NCBI GenBank assembly: GCA_025963775.1
Contig: JAOQAD010000002.1
Span: 25,974-89,973, forward strand
Direction: 5' to 3'
Source: Bacteroidota bacterium
GTDB taxonomy: Bacteria > Bacteroidota > Bacteroidia > 2-12-FULL-35-15
Length of the DNA: 64,000 nt
The translations under genes were made by a program, and so were the position numbers. Below, piece after piece: positions 19,665 through 28,506 of the stretch (position 1 is the stretch's first letter; every line of letters starts with the position of its first letter). The notes beneath the pieces were generated by a model. That model had not been told where the DNA came from. It ran no database searches and saw only the letters and a program-made list of their open reading frames with translations.

Positions 19665-20999
19665 CTACGAATCGTGCCTTCTCGTCCTGATCTTCGCTTT
19701 TTTCCCTTTCAGCTTTTCACGCTGTGCAGGGCCGCCAAGGTTCACCTTTTGGTTCTTTAAGCTTTTCTCGTGGAATGCAGGCCCGGCTTCTGCCTTTTGT
19801 TTCTGGGCTTTCAGGTAGGCTTTGTCAAATTTCGGCTTGGTTTCTTCCTCTTCAATGAGCATAGTGGAAAGCTTCACGCCTTCCGGAAGAGGCTCGTAAT
19901 CCATTCCCTTGTTCATCATTTTTTCGATCACATCCTGGTACTCCTGTTCTTTCTCATTCACGAAAGAGATCGCGATACCATCTTTGTTTGCGCGGCCTGT
20001 ACGGCCGATCCTGTGGATGTAATCTTCCGGAACTTCCGGCATTTCAAAATTGATAACGTGCGTTACGTCCGAGATATCGAGTCCGCGCGCGGCCACATCC
20101 GAAGCGATGAGCACACGTACGCTGCCTTCCTTGAATTCCTTCAGGATCCTGATCCGGTGCGCCTGTGATTTGGCAGAGTGAATGATCCCGAATGTATTTG
20201 GGATCTTGGAGTTCATGTGATCGAGCAGCCTGTCGGCGATCCTGATCGTGTTTGTAAAGATCAGCACTTTGCTCAGCTCAGCATCATTGGTGATCAGATC
20301 CTCCAGCAAAGCAGCCTTCGAATAGAAATTCGGGACGTGATACACCTTCTGAACGATCTTCTCCAGCGGGGTTCCGTGTGCAGCGATCTCGATCTTTTCA
20401 GGGCCGTTAAAATATTTTGTAAGCAGTTTTTCGATCTCCTCATTCATCGTTGCCGAAAAAAGAATGTTCTGGCGCTTTACAGGAAGTGTTTCGAGGAAGG
20501 TATTCAGTTGCTGCTGGAAGCCCAGTCCGAGGAGCTGATCCACTTCATCAAGCACGAGCTTCTGAATGGATTTTAAACGCAGGATGCCGGTCAGCACAAG
20601 ATCGACCAGCCTTCCGGGCGTAGCAACGAGAATGTCGATGCCATTATACACCAATTGCTTTTGAGTGGTGATATTCGTTCCCCCGTAAATGCCTTCATAA
20701 CGAATGCTGGAGTAGGTTGTGAGTTTTTTGATCTCTGCCACGATCTGCAATACAAGCTCACGCGTAGGTACCACGATCAGCACCCGCGGATGCTTCTGCT
20801 CCGAATAGCTCAGCTGGCGGAGGATCGGCAGGAGGTAAGCAAATGTTTTACCTGTACCTGTTTGTGCGATCCCAACCACATCTCGCCCCGACATGATCAC
20901 AGGGAATGCTTTTTCCTGGATAGGAGTGGGATTGATGTACTGGAGGTCGTCCAGCGCATTCATTAAAGGGCGGTTCAGGTTGAGTTCTTCGAAGGTCAT
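19665..20999 (-). CDS. DEAD-box RNA helicase (DEVD variant)
   Basis: Q motif, AQTGTGKT, PTREL, DEVD, SAT, ARGLD, HRIGRTGR; -7 box at 21017-21024. Confidence 0.95.
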   Translation of the reverse strand: MTFEELNLNRPLMNALDDLQYINPTPIQEKAFPVIMSGRDVVGIAQTGTGKTFAYLLPILRQLSYSEQKHPRVLIVVPTRELVLQIVAEIKKLTTYSSIRYEGIYGGTNITTQKQLVYNGIDILVATPGRLVDLVLTGILRLKSIQKLVLDEVDQLLGLGFQQQLNTFLETLPVKRQNILFSATMNEEIEKLLTKYFNGPEKIEIAAHGTPLEKIVQKVYHVPNFYSKAALLEDLITNDAELSKVLIFTNTIRIADRLLDHMNSKIPNTFGIIHSAKSQAHRIRILKEFKEGSVRVLIASDVAARGLDISDVTHVINFEMPEVPEDYIHRIGRTGRANKDGIAISFVNEKEQEYQDVIEKMMNKGMDYEPLPEGVKLSTMLIEEEETKPKFDKAYLKAQKQKAEAGPAFHEKSLKNQKVNLGGPAQREKLKGKKAKIRTRRHDS

Positions 21000-21167
21000 T
21001 TTAATAATATATACTGCAAAGATAGCTTAATTTCCCCGGTTTTATAACAAACACGGCACTTTTACGGCATTTTGGCCCAACCGGCGATCAAAAATGACCG
21101 CTCACCGAATTTAAAATTTCCGGCGCCCTTCCCAAAGTAATTTTACTTCGAATTAAAAAACATAAAA

Positions 21168-21419
21168 ATGAAAAAGTCTGTTTTAATCGGTTTGTTGATA
21201 GCCATCGGCTCAACTTCCATCATTTCCTGTAAAAAGGATTATTACTGCCAGTGCAAAAAGGTGTATACAAACAGCAACGGCTCCACGAGCACGTATGACG
21301 ATGATGTGTACACGTTCAGGGATACAAGGGCACGTGCAGAAAGCAAATGTACCAATGAGGAAGGGACAGGCTCTGACCTTGTCGGCGGAAGCTATTCAAG
21401 AGAGTGCGAGATCAAATAA
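21168..21419 (+). CDS. Small Cys-rich lipoprotein
   Basis: Lipobox IISC followed by KKDYYCQC...KC...EC. Confidence 0.8.
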   Translation: MKKSVLIGLLIAIGSTSIISCKKDYYCQCKKVYTNSNGSTSTYDDDVYTFRDTRARAESKCTNEEGTGSDLVGGSYSRECEIK

Positions 21420-21450
21420 TCAGTGATTAAGGGTGATATGCAATTGTTTT

Positions 21451-22185
21451 TCAGGAGTTCCTGGAGGCAATTGCATATTTATATCCGCCAAATGCATCGC
21501 TGATCCCGTAAGCGGGAAAGCCAAGCTCTTTGCAGGCTGCATCGCCATAGAGAAAATTAAAGATAATATCGTAGCGCTCCGAATCTTTATGCTGTATGTA
21601 AAACTGCTCAAGTGATGCAAAATCGCATTCCGGTGCTTTTTTCCTAAAACTTTTTCCTGCTGCAAATCGTTCCTGTGCAATGTGTTGTGCGAGGGTTTGC
21701 GGTTTCGGTGCATTCAGCCAATACAGCGTTCTCAGGCAATATTCCAGCGTCCGTGTTTTTACCAGTTCTTCAGAGAAGGTTTCGCTGGTCCAGAAAAGCG
21801 GTGTGCAGAAATTCCGTGTAATGAGCGCATTCAGTTTGAACTTACTGTCGTAATCCGTCGTATAACGGTTCGTCCATGCACCTTTCAGGTCATCTGCCAC
21901 AGCAATGGAAACCTTAAATGTGGAAGGCAATTTATTATCGATCCGTCCATTGATCTCCGAAAGGCTTTCCTTCATCAATTCTTCAGCATTCAGCTTCTTT
22001 AATTCTTCCAGCTTTTCGAGCAGATGCTCTTTACCCATCGGGTTGAAATTCCCGACAGGAACCACCATATCCTCTTTTGTAGTTCCCTGGAGTATGTTAA
22101 GGTACTCCCGGAACCGCTCCATTGAACGGGGTTTGCCATACAGGTCGATCATGGTATCGAGAAGAGGAGAGAGGATGAAGGGCAT
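21451..22185 (-). CDS. Hypothetical protein
   Basis: 244-aa ORF, last gene of a minus-strand operon; no family recognised. Confidence 0.75.
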   Translation of the reverse strand: MPFILSPLLDTMIDLYGKPRSMERFREYLNILQGTTKEDMVVPVGNFNPMGKEHLLEKLEELKKLNAEELMKESLSEINGRIDNKLPSTFKVSIAVADDLKGAWTNRYTTDYDSKFKLNALITRNFCTPLFWTSETFSEELVKTRTLEYCLRTLYWLNAPKPQTLAQHIAQERFAAGKSFRKKAPECDFASLEQFYIQHKDSERYDIIFNFLYGDAACKELGFPAYGISDAFGGYKYAIASRNS

Positions 22186-22203
22186 GGTGTTATATCAGTA
22201 TCA

Positions 22204-22710
22204 TCAGCTTGCGTCCTGATTAGCAGCCGGCAGGAAAGAAAGATCGATGGCGTATTTTTTCATGTTGTCCGGATCGTAATACACATCGATGGTGTTTGAC
22301 TTATTGATAAAATGTGTGGGATCGAACCAGATGTTTTTACTTTTGAAAATGTGGATACCTGCAGTGGCCGGATCTTTCCACTCACAGGTGATCACGTAAG
22401 GATTGTTTTTGTTGACGGTGACCATCATGTTCTTATTAATGGAAACGAGCTTAGCGCGAAGTAACTGGCCGTTCTCCCGCAGCCATTTTTCTCTTTTTGC
22501 TTTTGCAGCGGATATGATCGACCATACGGTAACAATGAGGATGTCCATTAAGCCGAGCGCCATAAAAATAACGGGCTGCATGTAATCCGCATCAGTTTTT
22601 CCAGCGCTGGGGCCGGAGTAGGTCTGAAAGGCGATCACGGCACCGATGCAGAAAAAGATGGCGCCGAATCCGAAAATGGCGAAGCGTACAATTCTTAATT
22701 GTTTTTCCAT
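22204..22710 (-). CDS. DUF3592-like membrane protein
   Basis: Two TM segments plus an OB-like tail (VYYDPDN). Confidence 0.75.
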   Translation of the reverse strand: MEKQLRIVRFAIFGFGAIFFCIGAVIAFQTYSGPSAGKTDADYMQPVIFMALGLMDILIVTVWSIISAAKAKREKWLRENGQLLRAKLVSINKNMMVTVNKNNPYVITCEWKDPATAGIHIFKSKNIWFDPTHFINKSNTIDVYYDPDNMKKYAIDLSFLPAANQDAS

Positions 22711-22720
22711 GATGGTTTTA

Positions 22721-23302
22721 CTAATGGTTTTTTATGTTCTGCTCAATGTTCCTGTCGGGCATCCACCATAACACAGCCACACAAAGATAAAGGATCCCCG
22801 AGATCAGCGGATGGATAAAAGCCGCCGGGATTGCAAGTGTGTAGAGCAATGCAGAAAGCATTCCCTTTTTGCCCTGCTTTTTTAAGGGCCCATAGAGAGC
22901 GGGATCATGGGAATGAGTCTTCATGATCATCTTTAAAAGGATAAAATAAGCGATGCCGCACATGTCTAATAAAACAGCATAGACGGCAACAGCAATCCTG
23001 TCGAAATTTGTTTCGCCCATCCATTCAGTGGCAAAAGGCACGAGTGAAAGCCAGAAAAGCAAATGCATGTTTGCCCAGAGCATCTTGCTGTTTACCTGCT
23101 CTACCGCATGGATCAGGTGATGATGATTTCCCCAGTAGATTCCGATCATAATGAAGCTCATGAGGTAACAGGTGAGGACCGGGAATAAGGGTTTAATATC
23201 CACCCAGCTGGTACTGTGTGGAATCTTTAGCTGCAACACCATGATCGTGATGATGATCGCGATCACACCGTCGCTGAATGCTTCAAGCCTTGTCTTTGTC
23301 AT
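22721..23302 (-). CDS. TMEM175-family potassium channel
   Basis: RLEAFSDGVIAIIITIMVL signature; W.NHH. Confidence 0.92.
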   Translation of the reverse strand: MTKTRLEAFSDGVIAIIITIMVLQLKIPHSTSWVDIKPLFPVLTCYLMSFIMIGIYWGNHHHLIHAVEQVNSKMLWANMHLLFWLSLVPFATEWMGETNFDRIAVAVYAVLLDMCGIAYFILLKMIMKTHSHDPALYGPLKKQGKKGMLSALLYTLAIPAAFIHPLISGILYLCVAVLWWMPDRNIEQNIKNH

Positions 23303-23305
23303 TTT

Positions 23306-23743
23306 TTAAACGATCTGCTTTTTTATTTCCGATGCAAGCCTGTCGAGCTCCGTCCGTTCAGTAGGCGCATAATATTTTTCGCTGAAGCGAAATCCGAAAC
23401 CATCGGCTTTGAAGCGCGGGAATACATGCAAATGTGCATGGAACACTTCCTGTCCGGCTGCTTCGCCATCTGCTAAAAGATAATTCACGCCTTCGCAGGG
23501 AATGCTGCTTTTCTTCAATGCTTCGTTGATCTTTATTCCTATTTTGAACATGTATGCTCCGGCATCATCATGTGAATGATCGATATACGGGATGTGCTCT
23601 TTCGGGATCACGAGCACATGTCCCGGGTTCACAGGCTGCAGGTCCATGATCGCGATGACCGTTTCATCTTCATACACAATGCTTGCTTCCAGCTTTCGTT
23701 CGATGATCCTGCAAAAAATACAATCTGTTTTATCTTCTTTCAT
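23306..23743 (-). CDS. HIT family protein
   Basis: CIFC, GHVLVIPK, HAHLHV. Confidence 0.92.
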   Translation of the reverse strand: MKEDKTDCIFCRIIERKLEASIVYEDETVIAIMDLQPVNPGHVLVIPKEHIPYIDHSHDDAGAYMFKIGIKINEALKKSSIPCEGVNYLLADGEAAGQEVFHAHLHVFPRFKADGFGFRFSEKYYAPTERTELDRLASEIKKQIV

Positions 23744-23755
23744 GTGGTGAATGGG

Positions 23756-24967
23756 TTATTCAATGTGCACGACAAGCCCTTTCAGGTATTCGCCTTCGGG
23801 ATGAAAAATATTTACGCAATGGTCGGGCGGCTGTGAAAGGTGGTGCAGCACACGTACATTCCTTCCAGCTTCAATGGCTGCAGCCATTACGGTTGAGTTG
23901 AATGTGTTCTTGTCCACCACCTGCGAGCAGGAAAATGTAAACAGCAATCCACCCGGTTTGATCTGCCTGATCGCTTCATAATTCAAACGTTTGTATCCCA
24001 TCACTGCATTGTGCTTCACATTCTGGTGCTTTGCAAATGCAGGAGGGTCCAATACAATAATGTCATAGGTATTCTCGCGGTGCTTCAGGAATTCGAAGGT
24101 ATCCATTGCAAAGGAGGAATGATTTTTAATCCCGTTCAGCTCAATGTTACGGTCGGTCAATTCAATAGCTTTTTTGGAAATGTCGGTAGAGTGCACTTCT
24201 TTTGCTCCTTCAGCAGCGGCATATACAGAGAACCCACCGGAATAGCAAAAGGTGTTGAGTACCACTTTATCTTTCGAGTAGCTGCCCAGTAATTTACGGT
24301 TCTCACGCTGATCGAGGAAGAAGCCGGTCTTTTGCCCGCCTTCAAAATCAATGTAAAATTTATTGTTGTTCTCCAATGCGATCGTTTCCACTGTTGCCTG
24401 CTCATTCTTCCAGAGATAGCCGTTTGGCGCTTTAATGGCAGCCTGCTTCGGCATCGTGTCCTCGCTTTTATCATACACCGCGATAAGGGTATCGCCATAA
24501 ATTTCCCGCAGGCAATCCACCAGCAGCGGCTTGATCAGGTGCATCCCGATGGAATGGCTTTGAAATACTGCCGTGCCGTTGTAATAATCGATCACCAAAC
24601 CGGGCAGGCCGTCGCCTTCGCCGAAGAACAGCCGGTAGCAGTTGGTGGAAGGATTGTTTACGAGATGCAGTTGTTTCCTGAAATCGTAAGCTTTCTGCAA
24701 TTTGCTTTTCCAGAATTCGCGGTCGGGGGTCACTTCCGTGTACGAAAACATCCTGATCGCGATGGAGCCGATCTGATAATGGCCCATGCCGAGCAATTCA
24801 TTTTGAGAAGTATACACTTCCACCACATCGCCTTCGCGCAGGTCATCGCCTTCGTAATCGGGCGGCAGACTGATCTTTTTGATCGCGCCGGAAAACACCC
24901 AGGGATGAAAACGTTTTAAGCTATGGTCTTTTCCGCTGTGGAGCGTTACTTTGATGTATTCGGGCAT
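23756..24967 (-). CDS. rlmI: RlmI-like 23S rRNA m5C methyltransferase
   Basis: HPWVFSG PUA domain, GQKTGFFLDQR, DPPAF, SCS. Confidence 0.9.
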   Translation of the reverse strand: MPEYIKVTLHSGKDHSLKRFHPWVFSGAIKKISLPPDYEGDDLREGDVVEVYTSQNELLGMGHYQIGSIAIRMFSYTEVTPDREFWKSKLQKAYDFRKQLHLVNNPSTNCYRLFFGEGDGLPGLVIDYYNGTAVFQSHSIGMHLIKPLLVDCLREIYGDTLIAVYDKSEDTMPKQAAIKAPNGYLWKNEQATVETIALENNNKFYIDFEGGQKTGFFLDQRENRKLLGSYSKDKVVLNTFCYSGGFSVYAAAEGAKEVHSTDISKKAIELTDRNIELNGIKNHSSFAMDTFEFLKHRENTYDIIVLDPPAFAKHQNVKHNAVMGYKRLNYEAIRQIKPGGLLFTFSCSQVVDKNTFNSTVMAAAIEAGRNVRVLHHLSQPPDHCVNIFHPEGEYLKGLVVHIE

Positions 24968-25049
24968 AAATGATCTACTAATTACGAATTAATACTAATC
25001 TGCAAATCTCTGTTTGCTAAGGGCGAATTTACGAATAATTTGCGGAGCA

Positions 25050-25081
25050 ATTCCCCTTCTTCCGGGAGGGGGCAGGGATGG
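25050..25081. repeat. CCCCT/AGGGG-type palindromic repeat (single copy)
   Basis: ATTCCCCTTCTTCCGGGAGGGGGCAGGGATGG, related to 61787-61817. Confidence 0.55.
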
Positions 25082-25100
25082 TAATACAACTTGAAAAAAA

Positions 25101-25709
25101 TCAGATATTAATAATAAACCTGTACGGCCATTGTGCATGATCGCCTGCATAATCAACGCCAACGCGTGGGCCCGCGATGATGTCTTTTTTATGGATCTTC
25201 AGTCCGCGGTCCTCTATCCAGATCACTTTCCCGGTAAGGTCGAGCCCGGTATGCTTTGTTTTAATGCCCAATGCCTGCGATACGGTTCCGGGGCCGCCGG
25301 CAATTTTATTCTTTTTATCTTTTTGAAGAATGTCTATAGCTTTCCCTTTTCCGCTCATGTTGCGGCGTTCAAGAATAGTCTCGAGTCCGTCTGCAGGTTT
25401 GATCGCGCGGATCAGCACGGCATGCGGCGTATCCCTGAAATTGGTCACCACGTTGAACAGGTGATGAATACCGTAACACAGGTAAACATAGCTTACGCCG
25501 CCATCTGCAAACATGATCTCGGTGCGGTTGGTCCGCCGGTTGCCGAATGCATGCGAAGCTTTGTCGATCTCACCGGCGTAGGCTTCTGTTTCGGTGATGA
25601 TGCCGCTGGTAAGCTTTCCGTCGATCTTTGTACAGAGGTGTTTTCCAAGCAGGTCTTTTGCAACCTGCACCACATCTTCATGGAGGTAAAAATCTTTTTC
25701 CAGTTTCAT
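25101..25709 (-). CDS. mpg: DNA-3-methyladenine glycosylase (MPG/AAG type)
   Basis: ETEAY, YVYLCYG.H, AVLIRA, GPG, PRVG. Confidence 0.93.
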   Translation of the reverse strand: MKLEKDFYLHEDVVQVAKDLLGKHLCTKIDGKLTSGIITETEAYAGEIDKASHAFGNRRTNRTEIMFADGGVSYVYLCYGIHHLFNVVTNFRDTPHAVLIRAIKPADGLETILERRNMSGKGKAIDILQKDKKNKIAGGPGTVSQALGIKTKHTGLDLTGKVIWIEDRGLKIHKKDIIAGPRVGVDYAGDHAQWPYRFIINI

Positions 25710-25742
25710 CGGTATAATACAGTTTAAATAGTCGTGCCAGCC

Positions 25743-27647
25743 TTAGCACAGGAGAAGCCGGTTCTCATCATCATATTTCAGAAGGTCATTGTCGATCATC
25801 AGTTGGATCGTATGGATGATCTTATTCTCATTGCTTCCAATCACCGCATCCACCAGGTGTTTCAGGTCGAGTGGGTGCACGGCAAGTAATTCCTTTATCT
25901 GCAGGCTGATGCTTTCATATTCATCGGTATGCAGCACTGTTTTGTTTTCTTCGAGGCATACATCGCAGTGATTGCAGCGGTATGCAGCACCTTCACCGAA
26001 ATAAGAGAGCAGGAGCTGGCTGCGGCAGCGGTGAGTGCTTTCTGCGTAGTGCAGGACAGATTGCATCCGTTCCATTGCTCGCTTTTTCAGCATGGAAAAA
26101 TTCTCCTTCGAGAGGCTTAAAATTTTTGCATCCACGCGGGGCTGAAGGAAAGTAAGCTGCGGAAGCTCCGTTTGCGGCGCATAGGTGAGAAGCTTCATCT
26201 GCTGCAGGTAATTCAAACGCTTCACCACTTCATCCTTGCTGATGGATGCTTTTTTAGCAAGGTCGTATTCGCTGATCTTTACAAAACTATCGAAAAGCCC
26301 TGAATAGGAGCGGAGCAGGAGCTTGATGAAGAGGTCCAGCTTCGGGTTGGAGATCTGGAATTTATAAAGGTCTTCCCGGTTCATGTCAAGCTTGATCCGG
26401 GAAGGCTGAAAAACAGCATCCGTAAGAGAAATATAGCCTTCGCGCTCAATGAATTTCAAGCTGTTGAACACGGTGATGGCCTGTAATTTATAAGTATCGC
26501 ACAGATCCGCGATGTTGAAATCATAGGTGCTGCCTGCACCGGAACCGATCGGGATCTGGTAGTAATTCGCGAGTGCCTGGTAGGTCTGGCGGATCTCTTC
26601 CAGTTCAGGAAAGCTTGTTTCCACATTCCGCTGCAGCTCGATCTTATCGCCGGGATTGTATAAAAGAATCGCAAATGCTTTCTGTTCATCCCTTCCGGCA
26701 CGGCCTGCTTCCTGGAAATAAGCCTCCAGTGAATCGGGCAGGTCCATGTGCACTACGAAGCGCACATCCGGCTTGTCGATGCCCATTCCGAATGCATTGG
26801 TGCAGACAATGATCCTCGTTTTATCCCGGATCCAGTTGCTTTGCTTCTGGTCACGCATTTTTCCATCGAGGCCTGCATGATAAAAATCTGCGGAGATCTT
26901 ATGACTGATGAGATAAGAAGCGATCTCCTGTGTTTTTTTCCGGTTCCTCACATACACGATCCCGGTTCCTTTTACGCTGTTGGCGATCTTTACAAGCCTT
27001 GCCAGCTTGTCTTCTTCGTATAACACAACATAAGCAAGGTTCTTTCTTTCAAAGCTTTTCTGAAGTGCGTTCTCTTTTTTGAACAGGAGTTTTTGCTGGA
27101 TGTCTTTCACCACTTCAGGCGTGGCGGTAGCTGTTAAGGCAAGCACGGGAATTCCCGGGAGCAGCTCGCGCAGCTCAGCGATCTTCAGGTAGCTCGGGCG
27201 GAAATCGTATCCCCACTGTGAGATGCAATGCGATTCATCGATCGCGATCAGGTTCACCTTCATTTTCAGCAGGCGTGCCTTCACGATCTCTGTTTCCAGC
27301 CTTTCCGGCGATAAGTAAAGAAACCGGATATTGCCGTGAACACAATTGTCAAGCGCAATGTCGATCTCCCGCTTGTGCATGGCCGATGTGATCGCGATGG
27401 CTTTTATATTCCTTTGCACCAGGTTCTCCACCTGGTCTTTCATCAGTGCGATGAGCGGCGATACCACGATGCAGATGCCTTCCTTCGCAAGGGCAGGCAC
27501 CTGGAAGCAGATGGATTTTCCACCACCCGTTGGCAGAAGCGCAAGCGTATCTTTCCCGCTCAGCACGGAATTGATGATCTCTTCCTGCAAAGGGCGAAAG
27601 GTCTTGAAACCCCAGTGTTTTTCTAATATGTCGTGGATCGCAGCCAT
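25743..27647 (-). CDS. recQ: RecQ-family DNA helicase
   Basis: PTGGGKS, DESH, WGYDFRP, QEAGRAGRD, Zn-binding CR/CNHCDVC; true start MAAIHD at 27647. Confidence 0.93.
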   Translation of the reverse strand: MAAIHDILEKHWGFKTFRPLQEEIINSVLSGKDTLALLPTGGGKSICFQVPALAKEGICIVVSPLIALMKDQVENLVQRNIKAIAITSAMHKREIDIALDNCVHGNIRFLYLSPERLETEIVKARLLKMKVNLIAIDESHCISQWGYDFRPSYLKIAELRELLPGIPVLALTATATPEVVKDIQQKLLFKKENALQKSFERKNLAYVVLYEEDKLARLVKIANSVKGTGIVYVRNRKKTQEIASYLISHKISADFYHAGLDGKMRDQKQSNWIRDKTRIIVCTNAFGMGIDKPDVRFVVHMDLPDSLEAYFQEAGRAGRDEQKAFAILLYNPGDKIELQRNVETSFPELEEIRQTYQALANYYQIPIGSGAGSTYDFNIADLCDTYKLQAITVFNSLKFIEREGYISLTDAVFQPSRIKLDMNREDLYKFQISNPKLDLFIKLLLRSYSGLFDSFVKISEYDLAKKASISKDEVVKRLNYLQQMKLLTYAPQTELPQLTFLQPRVDAKILSLSKENFSMLKKRAMERMQSVLHYAESTHRCRSQLLLSYFGEGAAYRCNHCDVCLEENKTVLHTDEYESISLQIKELLAVHPLDLKHLVDAVIGSNENKIIHTIQLMIDNDLLKYDDENRLLLC

Positions 27648-27692
27648 GGTGACGGACAGCGAATTTACGAAAATAATGGGAGGTTCGGGATC

Positions 27693-27880
27693 GAATAAGA
27701 TCCCTCGGGCAAGCTCGGGATGACAGAGCATTGCGGCAAAGCCATAACAGTATCAAATCATAATTTTATCATAGATCGCGAAGCGATCATCATTTAAAGC
27801 ATAAAAATCTTAGGAGATCTGCGTTCCATTATGCACAGCTTTGCAACGAATAAGATCCCTCGGGCAAGCTCAGGATGACA
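27693..27880. repeat. Two direct REP-like copies flanking the ~80-bp GAA-hairpin element
   Basis: GAATAAGATCCCTCGGGCAAGCTC(G/A)GGATGACA at 27693-27725 and 27848-27880; internal element at 27757-27836. Confidence 0.85.
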
Positions 27881-27898
27881 AACAGCTCAACGTGAGAT

Positions 27899-28354
27899 TT
27901 AAAAGCTGAAAAACGGCAGCTTCAAACTCTTCGGTGGCTTCACTCTTCCTTCGTTAACAGCCTTGCGGTACTCGAGCAGCCATTCCACGGCTTTCTCTTC
28001 CGATTTAACAACCTTATAGGCCACCTTCGGCTTATAGAATTTAAAATAAAAATCCGCCAGCAGCTGGTAGGCGAGATTGTCTGCGACCACTGCAATTGCC
28101 ATAAAAGGCTGGAGAGGCTCCACGCGGATGGAATATACTTTTGCTTCTTTGGTGAAATTAACATGGCTCTGCGCCTTGAAGATAAAGAGCGTTTTTACAT
28201 CATTCGTAAGCTCCTGGTATGCATTGAAGAGCTCTTTTTTTTCGGGGACGTCAATGATCGATCCGTTTAAATAATTGACCCTGATGATCCCGGAACTATC
28301 TAATGTAAGCTCAGCAAAGGGCAGGTGCAATGTTTTTACAATCGTAACATGCAT
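27899..28354 (-). CDS. STAS/SEC14-like small hypothetical protein
   Basis: AIAVV...LADFYFKFYKP.V..KV.KSEEKAVEWL pattern; start likely MHVTIV. Confidence 0.65.
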   Translation of the reverse strand: MHVTIVKTLHLPFAELTLDSSGIIRVNYLNGSIIDVPEKKELFNAYQELTNDVKTLFIFKAQSHVNFTKEAKVYSIRVEPLQPFMAIAVVADNLAYQLLADFYFKFYKPKVAYKVVKSEEKAVEWLLEYRKAVNEGRVKPPKSLKLPFFSF

Positions 28355-28506
28355 AAAGGTGGAGTAGCTAAATGTGGTTTCGGGAACGAACATAACAGAA
28401 TAATCCGAACAAGGCAAGCCTGTGCCGGAATTTTATAACGACCATTAAAAACGGAAAATCATATCCGTGTTTATAAGTTGTATGCCTGAAATTTTAGTAA
28501 GATTCG

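Noticed and set aside
27648-27731. N-terminal extension of RecQ (MLCHPELARGILF...) as an in-frame repeat insertion
   Set aside because: Reads through a REP; a -7-like TAAATTCG at 27660-27667 and the usual RecQ start favour ATG 27647
28387-28468. SOS-box-like sites near uvrB/recQ (CGAACA repeats, ACGGA-N8-TCCGT)
   Set aside because: They lie upstream of the STAS-like gene rather than the repair genes, and the spacing does not fit a motif I can support
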